Shown here piece after piece: positions 18,529 to 26,708 of a stretch of DNA of 55,861 bases. The translations under genes and the position numbers were made by a program. Position 1 is the first letter of the stretch. Every line of letters begins with the position of its first letter. This DNA is from Candidatus Uhrbacteria bacterium (GTDB lineage: Bacteria > Patescibacteriota > Patescibacteriia > UBA9934 > GWF2-40-263). The notes under the pieces were generated by a model, which saw only the letters and a program-made list of their open reading frames with translations, made no database searches and was not told the origin of the DNA. The stretch spans positions 1-55,861 of the forward strand of contig JACRJW010000023.1 of NCBI GenBank assembly GCA_016235605.1, in the 5' to 3' direction.

Positions 18529-18548
18529 GATAGCCAGACCTGACCCCA
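18529..18548. repeat. Right arm of the perfect 20-bp inverted repeat flanking the transposase remnant
   Basis: gatagccagacctgacccca, the exact reverse complement of 17799-17818. Confidence 0.85.
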
Positions 18549-18553
18549 TACTC

Positions 18554-20077
18554 TCAACGCTTGGACGCAAGAACAGACGCTTCTTTTCTCTGGAGAACGC
18601 GGGAAAATGGACTAACAGCAGCTCCAGCCTCGGCTGGTTTTTTTATTGGCAGGAATGGCACGAGAAAAAGCATGTACCCAAGGCCGATTGGGTGGTTCAG
18701 GTACGGCGAGAAAAAATGTGTGGCAAAGATAAAAACAAGTCCGGCCATAAGTCCAAAACCAAGCCAGGCTTGGTCCGTCCATCGGTAGGCCCACAGACGT
18801 TTGAGGAACTCATAGGCAGCATAGAGAAACGCAGCAGGACCCAGGATTCCCATCTTGATCCAGAGCTCAAGCCAGCCCCACTCCATCGAGGATGTCGTCC
18901 AGGTTCCGTCTGGATGAATTTCTCGCACCCGCGGATCATCCGTGACAAACGTGACGGATGCGCCGAAGCCGTGGCCTATCAGTGGACTTTCAAAAATTTT
19001 ATTGACCATGGGCGTGAGGAGATTCCAACGGCTCACGATCGCTACGTCGTCTGAGTCGGTCGTGCGATCGCGCAGCGTGAGAGCGAGGTCTGATCCTGTG
19101 AGATCTTGTGATGGAATCGGGAATAGAATCACGACGGTGATGAGGAGCACGGAGAGCATCACGACGGACAAGCTCGATCCGATGAATCGTGCGCCCTGCT
19201 TGAATGTGGGACGCAGATGTTTCCAAAGGAGCATCAAGATGAATACGACACTCGGGACAAGACCCATCCAGAAACTGCGTGAGAGCGCGAGGATCGTCGT
19301 CGCGACGAGAAGGCTTGAAAGCAGCAGGAACCATCGGCGATTTTTTGTGAAGACCGCAAACGAGAGTAAGAGGAAGCCGAAAATAATCGAGAAGACTTGA
19401 GACTGAATAAACACGCGATAGACACCAGTGCCAAGGCCCGTAATTTCCGCGATGCGTAGATCACGAAAAAAATAATACGTCACTTGCAGGACGCTCTCGC
19501 CAAAGTGCGTGAAGATGTACAGCAAGACCAACGACAACGAGCAGATCCACACGGCGCCAGCGGCCAGGACTTGGAGAAGCTCACCGCGGCGGGTCATGTT
19601 CCAGTCCACGCTCAGGATCGGCAACAGGTACAACAGATAAAGATACGCGTTGCCATCTCCAAAGACCAACGGTGGATCTCGACGTAAAACGCCGACGATC
19701 AGTCCGAGCGCAGCGGCAAGGGCAAGAAGGAAAAAAATCTGTATACGGCTGTCTTTGACCTCCAGACGATATCGTTTGGTGAGAACACCCATCCCCCACC
19801 CAAGCATGACGCCGATAAAAATTGCCATGCGCAGGGTGAGAGAAAATCCGCCGATGGTTTGGCTCAGCAGGATGCCGTGGGGATTTGAGAACAGCTCGAT
19901 GAAGACGAGCAGGAGCGCGTGATCAAGGCGTTTGTAGGCGAGCACAGCCGCACCAGCGGCGAGTCCCAACAAGATGAACACGTCCACGTCGGATCCATAT
20001 CCAAGCAGAGCGAGTCCATACAGAATCGCGATGACCATGAGCGCCCGCCAAAATGTCTGTCCAAAAAATTGAGTCAT
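18554..20077 (-). CDS. O-antigen ligase/polymerase-like polytopic membrane protein
   Basis: 507 aa with more than 10 predicted TM helices and a Wzy_C-like block (ALSRSFWMGL). Confidence 0.65.
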   Translation of the reverse strand: MTQFFGQTFWRALMVIAILYGLALLGYGSDVDVFILLGLAAGAAVLAYKRLDHALLLVFIELFSNPHGILLSQTIGGFSLTLRMAIFIGVMLGWGMGVLTKRYRLEVKDSRIQIFFLLALAAALGLIVGVLRRDPPLVFGDGNAYLYLLYLLPILSVDWNMTRRGELLQVLAAGAVWICSLSLVLLYIFTHFGESVLQVTYYFFRDLRIAEITGLGTGVYRVFIQSQVFSIIFGFLLLSFAVFTKNRRWFLLLSSLLVATTILALSRSFWMGLVPSVVFILMLLWKHLRPTFKQGARFIGSSLSVVMLSVLLITVVILFPIPSQDLTGSDLALTLRDRTTDSDDVAIVSRWNLLTPMVNKIFESPLIGHGFGASVTFVTDDPRVREIHPDGTWTTSSMEWGWLELWIKMGILGPAAFLYAAYEFLKRLWAYRWTDQAWLGFGLMAGLVFIFATHFFSPYLNHPIGLGYMLFLVPFLPIKKPAEAGAAVSPFSRVLQRKEASVLASKR

Positions 20078-20087
20078 AATTCAGTTA

Positions 20088-20183
20088 CCGATCGACGAGC
20101 CTCGCCACGGTGCAGACCCCGTCGGTGCTCGCTGACGCTGCGCTAGCCGGCCGGGGTCAGACACTGTGTCACTCATCGATCGG
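20088..20183 (+). repeat. Rod-like palindromic intergenic element, family 2, copy A
   Basis: A 96-nt imperfect hairpin (outer stem ccgatcga/tcgatcgg). It shares blocks of 35 nt and 17 nt with the reverse complement of 41152-41250. Confidence 0.8.
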
Positions 20184-20190
20184 CACTCGA

Positions 20191-22017
20191 TCACAATTTA
20201 TGCTTCACAACAATGATCTCTCGGGCAGACCGATAATCCTTGATAGCTCGTGGCGTCCAGCCGATGCGTTTCCACGGAATCCGATACATGAACGACGGCA
20301 ACCAAGTAGAAATCCCGCGGCGTCCACCATCTTGTTGAACCGTGAACAGGAACGCGTCGACGAAGACACCCGTATGTCCTTGCTCAAGCATCGTAAGCCA
20401 GAGATCCCAATCTTGAAAGCGTTTGAGGGAAGGATCAAATCCAGGGAAGTGCTCACGCCGGATGAGTGACATGGTGTTGATGTAGTTATTTTTTCGCAGA
20501 GCATTCGCATCGAAAGCGTGTGAGGCAAACCATCGATGCCCCCAGAAAAAACTGGAGTAGGCATACGAAGCTTCTGGATGTGCACTCAGTGCCTGCTCCA
20601 ATGTCTCCAGCATCGTCGGTTCAGCTACCACGTCGGCATCACAAAAAAAGAGCAAGGATCCTGTCGAGCGTCCAAAGCCTGCCATGCGTGCGGCAGGTGC
20701 GCCTTGGTTTTCTTGAAAGTCGAGATAGACGATCCGATCGAGATACGGTTCAAGTCGTGAGCGAGTATCGTCCGTGGAGCCATTGTTAACCACGATGATC
20801 TCGTCTGGGCGCCGTGTCTGAGCAAGGAGAGAATCTAGGCACGCCGTAATCGTCTTGCCATGCTGGTAGGTTGGGATGATGACCGAGATGCCAAGGGGCA
20901 TAGGTTGTAGGGATGAGGTTGTAGGGAGTAGGTAGGCCTTCAACTTTCTGAATTGCTCCTCACAAGTAAATTTCGCGGCGTGGTCGTAGGCTGCGAGTCC
21001 AAGCTTGATTCGAAGTTCTGCGTTGCGCGAGAGCTCAAGAATCTCTTGCGCAAGGTGCTGTTCATCTTGATCTCTCAGCACGATTCCCGTCTCACGATCG
21101 ACCACAGCCTCCGTTACACCTGTGACGTTGGTGGTGATGCTGGGAACGGCGTACTGAGCGGCCTCCAAAAAGACAAGTCCAAATCCTTCCTTGTCGACAG
21201 GATCATTTGAAACGGGCATCACAAACACATCCGCCACGGCGTAGAGCTGGCTTTTTGTTGTGCGGTCGACTCGACCGTGAAAACGCACAGAGTCTTGGAG
21301 TCCAAGTTCACTCACCATTTCTTTCAGTGTTCCTTCCTCTGGTCCCTCGCCTGCGATGTCGTAAACGAAATTCTCCAGCAGGCCTTGGCGGCGCAGGAGT
21401 GACAAGGCGGTGAGCACATGGGCATGGCCCTTACGTTTTACGAGTCGGGAAACGGTCAACAGGTGGAATCGTCCGTCAGATGCAGGTTTGGTCGGCAGAG
21501 GCACCGTGGGCAAACAGGGATACACCACAAGAAGCTCTGTCACTCCAAAAACCTTTGCGACTTCTTGCGCAAGCGCCTGCGAATTACAAACAACGACACG
21601 TGCATATTTCAGAACCTGCGTCGCCATCGCTCTTTTTCGTGCTGACTGCTGTGCAAGCCGAATATCCATCCCATGCACAAACACGACATACGGCGTCTTC
21701 GTCTTTTTCATCGCAACCATGGCGGCTGTTCCAAACGGAAGAACATGACTGGTCAAAATCAATCGGTAACGATCTTGATAGCTTTTGAGGATCCTGACCA
21801 TCTTCCACCAGCGCGGAAAAATCCACTTGAACAAGAGTGGGCTGCGATACACGGGATAGCCAGCGCTGGGATCGGACGACTGCCAGGCAGGATTGGGCAC
21901 TGTGAGAACCTCGATGTCGTCCTTAAAAAAGGTCGCGAGTTCACTCAGGTAGCGCGCCACGCCGCCTTCCATGGGCGGAAAATCTGGAGTGATGAGGAGC
22001 ATTTTTTTTTGGTTCAT
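20191..22017 (-). CDS. Two-domain glycosyltransferase (N-terminal GT4, C-terminal GT2)
   Basis: Start set at MNQKKMLLITPDFPP (ATGA overlap with the flippase stop). GT4 E-x7-E block (EGFGLVFLEAAQYAVP), then GT2 blocks (VIIPTYQHGKT, VVNNGSTDDT, FCDADV). Confidence 0.75.
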   Translation of the reverse strand: MNQKKMLLITPDFPPMEGGVARYLSELATFFKDDIEVLTVPNPAWQSSDPSAGYPVYRSPLLFKWIFPRWWKMVRILKSYQDRYRLILTSHVLPFGTAAMVAMKKTKTPYVVFVHGMDIRLAQQSARKRAMATQVLKYARVVVCNSQALAQEVAKVFGVTELLVVYPCLPTVPLPTKPASDGRFHLLTVSRLVKRKGHAHVLTALSLLRRQGLLENFVYDIAGEGPEEGTLKEMVSELGLQDSVRFHGRVDRTTKSQLYAVADVFVMPVSNDPVDKEGFGLVFLEAAQYAVPSITTNVTGVTEAVVDRETGIVLRDQDEQHLAQEILELSRNAELRIKLGLAAYDHAAKFTCEEQFRKLKAYLLPTTSSLQPMPLGISVIIPTYQHGKTITACLDSLLAQTRRPDEIIVVNNGSTDDTRSRLEPYLDRIVYLDFQENQGAPAARMAGFGRSTGSLLFFCDADVVAEPTMLETLEQALSAHPEASYAYSSFFWGHRWFASHAFDANALRKNNYINTMSLIRREHFPGFDPSLKRFQDWDLWLTMLEQGHTGVFVDAFLFTVQQDGGRRGISTWLPSFMYRIPWKRIGWTPRAIKDYRSAREIIVVKHKL

Positions 22018-23453
22018 ACGCGTGGACGCACGGATTTCAATAAAAAGCGGAGGTCGTCCAGGTGCAGGGACTTGGTAAAAAGGAGCAAGGCAAGGTAGAT
22101 CGCTGCTCCCAACGGAATGACGAAGATCCAACCGACGAATGGTTTTGTGAGCAGAACCGCCAGGAACATCACAACGCCCGAGGAAAAGATAGGCAACAGG
22201 ATCCCTGCCAAGTGCCGGAGTCGAAAGGTCGGGATGAGTTTTGGCACAAAAAATAATCCCGCCACAAACATAAAACAAAAACACGCCAGGGCCGCAGTGA
22301 CAGCGCCCATGATGCCAAGACGTGGAACGAGCAAGAGATTCAAGACGACGTTAATGAGCATGGTGACACCCATGATAGCCGTTTTGGTTGCCTGGCGACC
22401 TGAGGCATTCAAGAGACTCCCGACGGGAAAATCGAGGAAGATCGGGATCAAGACAAAGACAAGCACAGAGAGCACCATCGCCGCCTGGGAATATCCTTCG
22501 CCCGCCAGGCGTACGACCTCAGGAGCAATCGCGGAGAGTCCCAGCACGATGGGCGTGGCGAGCATGGCCATGTACCACATGCCTTTTAAAAAAATGCGCT
22601 CAAGCTCGGCAGGATCCTTCCCGATGACCGCGCTCATCCCGGGATACAACGCCGCCGTGAACGCCAACGGAAGAAACTGGAACGCGTAGGTGAATTTGTA
22701 GGCGAGTGCGTAGATGCCCACCGCTGTGGTATCGAGGAACTTCGAGATAAGGATCGAGTCGACGTAGGAATACATTTTGACAAAAAGCGCGGCAAGGGCG
22801 AACGGAAACGCGGCGATGAGTATCCGTCTACAAGCGATGCGATCAAAGGCTGGTTGAAGCGCACGAGCACCGAGCCGTTTGACAATGTTGTAACCCGCGA
22901 CGACCACGTTTGTCAGCGATCCTGCCATGAGCGCGACAACCAACAGCGGGAGCGACGGCGCGCGCCACAGGACAATTCCGCCCACAAGACCTGTGACAAG
23001 CTGTCCGGTAAACACGCCAAGTGATTCATAACGCAGCCGTTGGAACCCACGCAGGACGCCGTAAAACAGAAGATGGAGTGCGTCCAGGGACAATACGACG
23101 CACGCAAGCAAGATCAAATATTGGAGCTCAGGGCTGTAGTTAAGCAGGCGTCCGGTGACCACCGCACCGACAGAAGCGAGCACAAGCAACGGCAGTTTGA
23201 TCGAGAGCGCCTGCGAAAGAAGTTTGGCTGCGTGCGCCGGATCTTTCGCGACCTCGCGGATCACCACCGGCGTGACGCCCAGATCTGCCACCACGGTATA
23301 GATGACGGTGATCGATACGGCGAGGAAGTATTCCCCTGTTGCCTGTGGCATCATCACGCGAGCCACGAACAAAAAGTAGACAAAAGCGATGATCTTTTGT
23401 CCGACAGAGGCGAGGGTGAGGAAAGCGGTGTTTTGGGCGACTTGGTGAGTCAC
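22014..23453 (-). CDS. Wzx-like polysaccharide/oligosaccharide flippase
   Basis: 479 aa, about 12-14 TM helices, family-like N-terminus. GTG start, with a TACAAT box about 10 nt upstream. Confidence 0.7.
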   Translation of the reverse strand: MTHQVAQNTAFLTLASVGQKIIAFVYFLFVARVMMPQATGEYFLAVSITVIYTVVADLGVTPVVIREVAKDPAHAAKLLSQALSIKLPLLVLASVGAVVTGRLLNYSPELQYLILLACVVLSLDALHLLFYGVLRGFQRLRYESLGVFTGQLVTGLVGGIVLWRAPSLPLLVVALMAGSLTNVVVAGYNIVKRLGARALQPAFDRIACRRILIAAFPFALAALFVKMYSYVDSILISKFLDTTAVGIYALAYKFTYAFQFLPLAFTAALYPGMSAVIGKDPAELERIFLKGMWYMAMLATPIVLGLSAIAPEVVRLAGEGYSQAAMVLSVLVFVLIPIFLDFPVGSLLNASGRQATKTAIMGVTMLINVVLNLLLVPRLGIMGAVTAALACFCFMFVAGLFFVPKLIPTFRLRHLAGILLPIFSSGVVMFLAVLLTKPFVGWIFVIPLGAAIYLALLLFTKSLHLDDLRFLLKSVRPRV

Positions 23454-23485
23454 AGTGTGGACATTGTATCGAACTCGCAGGGATT

Positions 23486-23516
23486 AGAAAACCCACCTCG
23501 AACGGATCGGGTGGGT
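23486..23516 (-). terminator. Intrinsic terminator after the orphan gene 23523-24431
   Basis: Stem acccacc/ggtgggt followed on the minus strand by tttct. Confidence 0.55.
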
Positions 23517-23522
23517 AGATGT

Positions 23523-24431
23523 CTAGCGCTGCGGGAACAAGTCAGGCCCAGTCCATGGGCGCATGGACGACTTCCCGTGAGCAGAACGTACGACTCCCAG
23601 ATGTCCTCTCTGACTGGCCTGCGCACGCAGTTGGGCGTTCAACTCTTCCCTTCGACCAAACTGCGCTTGCCAGAGCTGGGAGAGGACAAGATGCAGGTCC
23701 ATGACAAGGCTGGCTTCCGCCGGCGAGTACAGTTCGCTCTTTGACGATGATGGCTCCCAAACCGCGCTACCCTCGCGCCAATGTTTCCAAGCGCCTGCAA
23801 ATCGCTTGGTAATCGTCCATCCGTTTTGCTTGGTGAGTGGACCACTGACCTTCAAATCCCAGACAACCTTGGTCAGGTTCAACCTGTCGGACGTCGTGTC
23901 CGGCCCTTGATCGCGCTGATACCCCATGGAGATGCAGGCGATGAAGCTCGATCCTTCTTCGACACGTTCACGCGGAAAAAGATTTACGGCCCTGATGCAG
24001 GCCGTAAAGAGCTTGTCGGCAATGGCGCCTTGCCGGAGCATCTCCAACAACTCCGTCTGTGCAGGAAAAAGATGGATCTCGATATCGACCTCTTCTTCGT
24101 TGGTCGAGGGATCGATCCTGAAATCAACAATCGTTCCACGCAACGCGACGATGTTGGGGATCCAACGCTCAGGCTCCATGAGCCCGCTCACGTCCACCCA
24201 AGCGATTTCCGGGAAAGAACTCCGGCTTGGAAGAATGACTGGCGCCGTTGAATGGACCTGCGGAAATTCGACGAACACCTGTCTCCAGTCTTTCTCGCCG
24301 AGCTCTGTTCCTTCCTCTTCATTGAACGTGTCGCCATGGTCGTTCAAGACGTGGACGGCCACTGCGCTTCCGTTTGTCTTCCCAACCTGCGTGCGTGTAG
24401 TTGCCACGCGAATGCGTGTGACATCACCCAC
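23523..24431 (-). CDS. Orphan protein B (302 aa), no recognisable domain
   Basis: GTG start preceded by GGAGG at a 5-nt spacing. It has its own candidate promoter and terminator. No motif recognised. Confidence 0.55.
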   Translation of the reverse strand: MGDVTRIRVATTRTQVGKTNGSAVAVHVLNDHGDTFNEEEGTELGEKDWRQVFVEFPQVHSTAPVILPSRSSFPEIAWVDVSGLMEPERWIPNIVALRGTIVDFRIDPSTNEEEVDIEIHLFPAQTELLEMLRQGAIADKLFTACIRAVNLFPRERVEEGSSFIACISMGYQRDQGPDTTSDRLNLTKVVWDLKVSGPLTKQNGWTITKRFAGAWKHWREGSAVWEPSSSKSELYSPAEASLVMDLHLVLSQLWQAQFGRREELNAQLRAQASQRGHLGVVRSAHGKSSMRPWTGPDLFPQR

Positions 24432-24452
24432 ATGAACCTCCGTGAGCCACCT

Positions 24453-24482
24453 TATCTAAACATGTAGCGATGTATCTGTCAA
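24453..24482 (-). promoter_or_regulatory. Candidate promoter for orphan B (TTGACA plus a weak -10)
   Basis: Minus-strand TTGACA (24482-24477), then TTAGAT or TAGATA after 17-18 nt. Confidence 0.4.
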
Positions 24483-24493
24483 TTGATCCGAAC

Positions 24494-24515
24494 AAAAAAC
24501 GGGTGAATGTCACCC
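24494..24515 (-). terminator. Intrinsic terminator overlapping the stop codon of orphan A
   Basis: Minus strand gggtga-cat-tcaccc followed by gttttttg. The TGA stop lies inside the 5' arm. Confidence 0.65.
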
Positions 24516-25511
24516 GCCGTGATGCGTGAGTCGAGCGATGTACTCAGGCCCCAGTTCTTCCAGAAGATCTGGAGTTCCCAGTTGCGTCAGATTCCCTGAC
24601 CGACGATTTTCACGCATGAGTTCCCGCAGGGGCCCTACACCCATGCGCGTGGCCTCCAAGTGGTCGAGGTCGTAGCCAGCCGCGCGAAGCTGTACGGCGG
24701 CTCTTCCCTCCCTTCCCTGTTCACCGTCCTGGAAGAATGCGGCCTTCCAGAGGCTTTCCAGGATCGGAGCAAATTCACGGGCCACGACGTCTCCGATCGC
24801 CTCCCAGTACACTCCCCCTGGTTCCCAGGGGTCGCTCAGCGGCAGTGCCGGGACATCCCAGAGGTGAAGAGGCTCAACACTCCACCATGGATAGAACTGA
24901 CGATCCAGAAGACGAACAGGGCCTTTCAGGGGCCAGTGAGCTGCTGCGTATTTCTCTTGTTCCCGGATGTTGTGGTTCACGGCCTGGCTGGTGAGCGTGC
25001 GCAGGAACTGCGTTGAGCTTGCTTGATAGCCCATCACGCGTGTGAGGTCCTGCGTGATCGCGAAGGTGACCTCCACAACCGTTCCCTCCGTTGGGCACAG
25101 GGCTGAGAAAGGTTCGTGGGCCTGTCTGATGGCTGCGAGTGCATCATAGCGGGCCTCCAGGGCTTGCGGGATTGGCGCGTCGTATGCCCCGAGTTGGACA
25201 CGGCCCTTCGCGTCGTGTGGATTGCGTTTGGCGTGCAAACGACGAAGAAGCGCGTTATCGAATGGCGAAATCGTCACGTGCCAGTGGTCGGTCACGTAGG
25301 AGTCAGACGGCGTCTGTTTTGTGACCGTCGTACGCAAGCCGATGGCCGCTGGGATCCTGGAACCGTTTGAGAGCCGCACGATCGCGATTCTCTGTTGCCG
25401 TGCGAAGTCGAGATCAGGTTTGACTTCTTTTCTCCCCTGTTGGCTCGTGAGCTGGTCTCGAAACGAAACCTGTGCGAGGTGCCTGAGTGGGATTGGCGTC
25501 TGTGGTGGCAT
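24510..25511 (-). CDS. Orphan protein A (about 333 aa), no recognisable domain
   Basis: Start set at the second ATG of AAGGAGGaaATGATG (5-nt spacing). The ORF track extends to 25553. Trp-rich sequence with no motif recognised. Confidence 0.55.
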   Translation of the reverse strand: MPPQTPIPLRHLAQVSFRDQLTSQQGRKEVKPDLDFARQQRIAIVRLSNGSRIPAAIGLRTTVTKQTPSDSYVTDHWHVTISPFDNALLRRLHAKRNPHDAKGRVQLGAYDAPIPQALEARYDALAAIRQAHEPFSALCPTEGTVVEVTFAITQDLTRVMGYQASSTQFLRTLTSQAVNHNIREQEKYAAAHWPLKGPVRLLDRQFYPWWSVEPLHLWDVPALPLSDPWEPGGVYWEAIGDVVAREFAPILESLWKAAFFQDGEQGREGRAAVQLRAAGYDLDHLEATRMGVGPLRELMRENRRSGNLTQLGTPDLLEELGPEYIARLTHHGG

Positions 25512-25549
25512 CATTTCCTCCTTCCCCCGAGAATTGAAGCATGCAGAGT

Positions 25550-25591
25550 CCAAAAAGTCAAAACCACCCAGGCTGATGCGAGAGTGGTTTT
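25550..25591 (-). terminator. Intrinsic terminator ending the ribosomal protein operon after rpsI
   Basis: An 8-bp stem aaaaccac/gtggtttt followed on the minus strand by gacttttt. Confidence 0.7.
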
Positions 25592-25598
25592 TTCCCTT

Positions 25599-26003
25599 TT
25601 AACGCTTTGACCACTGCGGTGACCGGCGCGCGGATTTTTTTCCTGGCTTTTTGCGTTCGCGTCTTCGGGCGTCCTGGCTGAGGAAGCCAAGTTTTTTCAA
25701 GACACTGCGAAACTCTGGATTGAATTCAATGAGGCCTCGGGCAATGCCCAACCGAATGGCGTCTGCCTGTCCGCGGACACCTCCACCGGTCACATGCACC
25801 GTGATGTCAAACGTGTCCTGCACGCCTGTCTGTTTCAAAGGCGCCATCACACTCTCACGCAGGGTGATGAGCGGAAGATACTCACTGAGTCCACGTTCGT
25901 TGATGACAATCTTTCCCGATCCACCGTGATGCAACCGAACACGTGCCGTCGCGGCCTTGCGTCGTCCAAGGGATTCAATGTATTTGCCCGTCAGTGCTGC
26001 CAT
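25599..26003 (-). CDS. rpsI: 30S ribosomal protein S9
   Basis: 134 aa with the canonical basic C-terminus (...RRRERKKPGKKSARRSPQWSKR). Confidence 0.95.
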   Translation of the reverse strand: MAALTGKYIESLGRRKAATARVRLHHGGSGKIVINERGLSEYLPLITLRESVMAPLKQTGVQDTFDITVHVTGGGVRGQADAIRLGIARGLIEFNPEFRSVLKKLGFLSQDARRRERKKPGKKSARRSPQWSKR

Positions 26004-26004
26004 A

Positions 26005-26361
26005 CTAATTTTTGATCGTCAAACGTTTAAGGCGCGGGGAACGCTGTTTATTTTTGGGAAGCATACGCGAGACGGCTTCCCGCAAGACCTTGGAAGGGTC
26101 ACTCGCCATGAGACCCTTGAGCGTTCTCATCTTGAGACCGCTCGCGTAGGTGGTATGACGATAATAAATCTTCGCCTCTTTGACAGGATGGATCTTCATT
26201 TTGGAAGCATTCGTCACTTGCACGTAGTCGCCCGCGTCCACGTTTGGGGTAAATGACGGTTTATGTTTTCCGATCAAAAGATGCACAACCGTGGTCGCAA
26301 GACGACCAGGGACTTTCCCTTGCGCATCGATGGTGTGAATGTCACGTTCCAAGGTTTTCAT
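26005..26361 (-). CDS. rplM: 50S ribosomal protein L13
   Basis: 118 aa, L13-like throughout, in the rplM-rpsI arrangement. Confidence 0.9.
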   Translation of the reverse strand: MKTLERDIHTIDAQGKVPGRLATTVVHLLIGKHKPSFTPNVDAGDYVQVTNASKMKIHPVKEAKIYYRHTTYASGLKMRTLKGLMASDPSKVLREAVSRMLPKNKQRSPRLKRLTIKN

Positions 26362-26708
26362 ACAAGTTCAATGTGGACCATTTCAGCCGCATCGTTTTTT
26401 CGGGGACCAATTTTGCTGATGCGCGTATAGCCACCGGGTCGCCCGTCGTAACGGGGCGCCAAGACTTCAATAATTTTTTTGACCGGATGGTCGGTATAAA
26501 ACACGGACAGGAGTTTACGACGTGAAGCGAGGGTTGGCTTTTTCCCAACCGTAATCGCCCGCTCAACCAATGGGCGCACAGCCTTTGCGCGAGCCAGGGT
26601 GGTTTTTACCTTTTCGTGCAGGATGACACTTGTGGCAAGATTACGAAGCATGGCCTCACGCGGGGCTTTTTCTCGATCCAAAATTTTTCCTTTGTTTCGA
26701 TGTCTCAT
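26358..26708 (-). CDS. rplQ: 50S ribosomal protein L17
   Basis: 116 aa with the N-terminus MRHRNKGKILDR typical of L17. It follows rpoA. Confidence 0.93.
   Translation of the reverse strand: MRHRNKGKILDREKAPREAMLRNLATSVILHEKVKTTLARAKAVRPLVERAITVGKKPTLASRRKLLSVFYTDHPVKKIIEVLAPRYDGRPGGYTRISKIGPRKNDAAEMVHIELV

Noticed and set aside
17800-20170. The transposase inverted repeat and the family-2 elements share the 8-mer GGGGTCAG, which could indicate a relationship.
   Set aside because: Similarity does not extend beyond the 8-mer (or a 6-mer GTCTGG with copy B). This is insufficient to link them.
23542-25610. Many ORFs of 60-170 aa lie on both strands over the two orphan genes, for example 23926-24435 plus and 23781-24251 plus.
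   Set aside because: Only the two long minus-strand frames have GGAGG sites at correct spacing and hairpin plus U-run terminators. The rest are considered shadow frames of a GC-rich segment. Which strand is coding remains untested.
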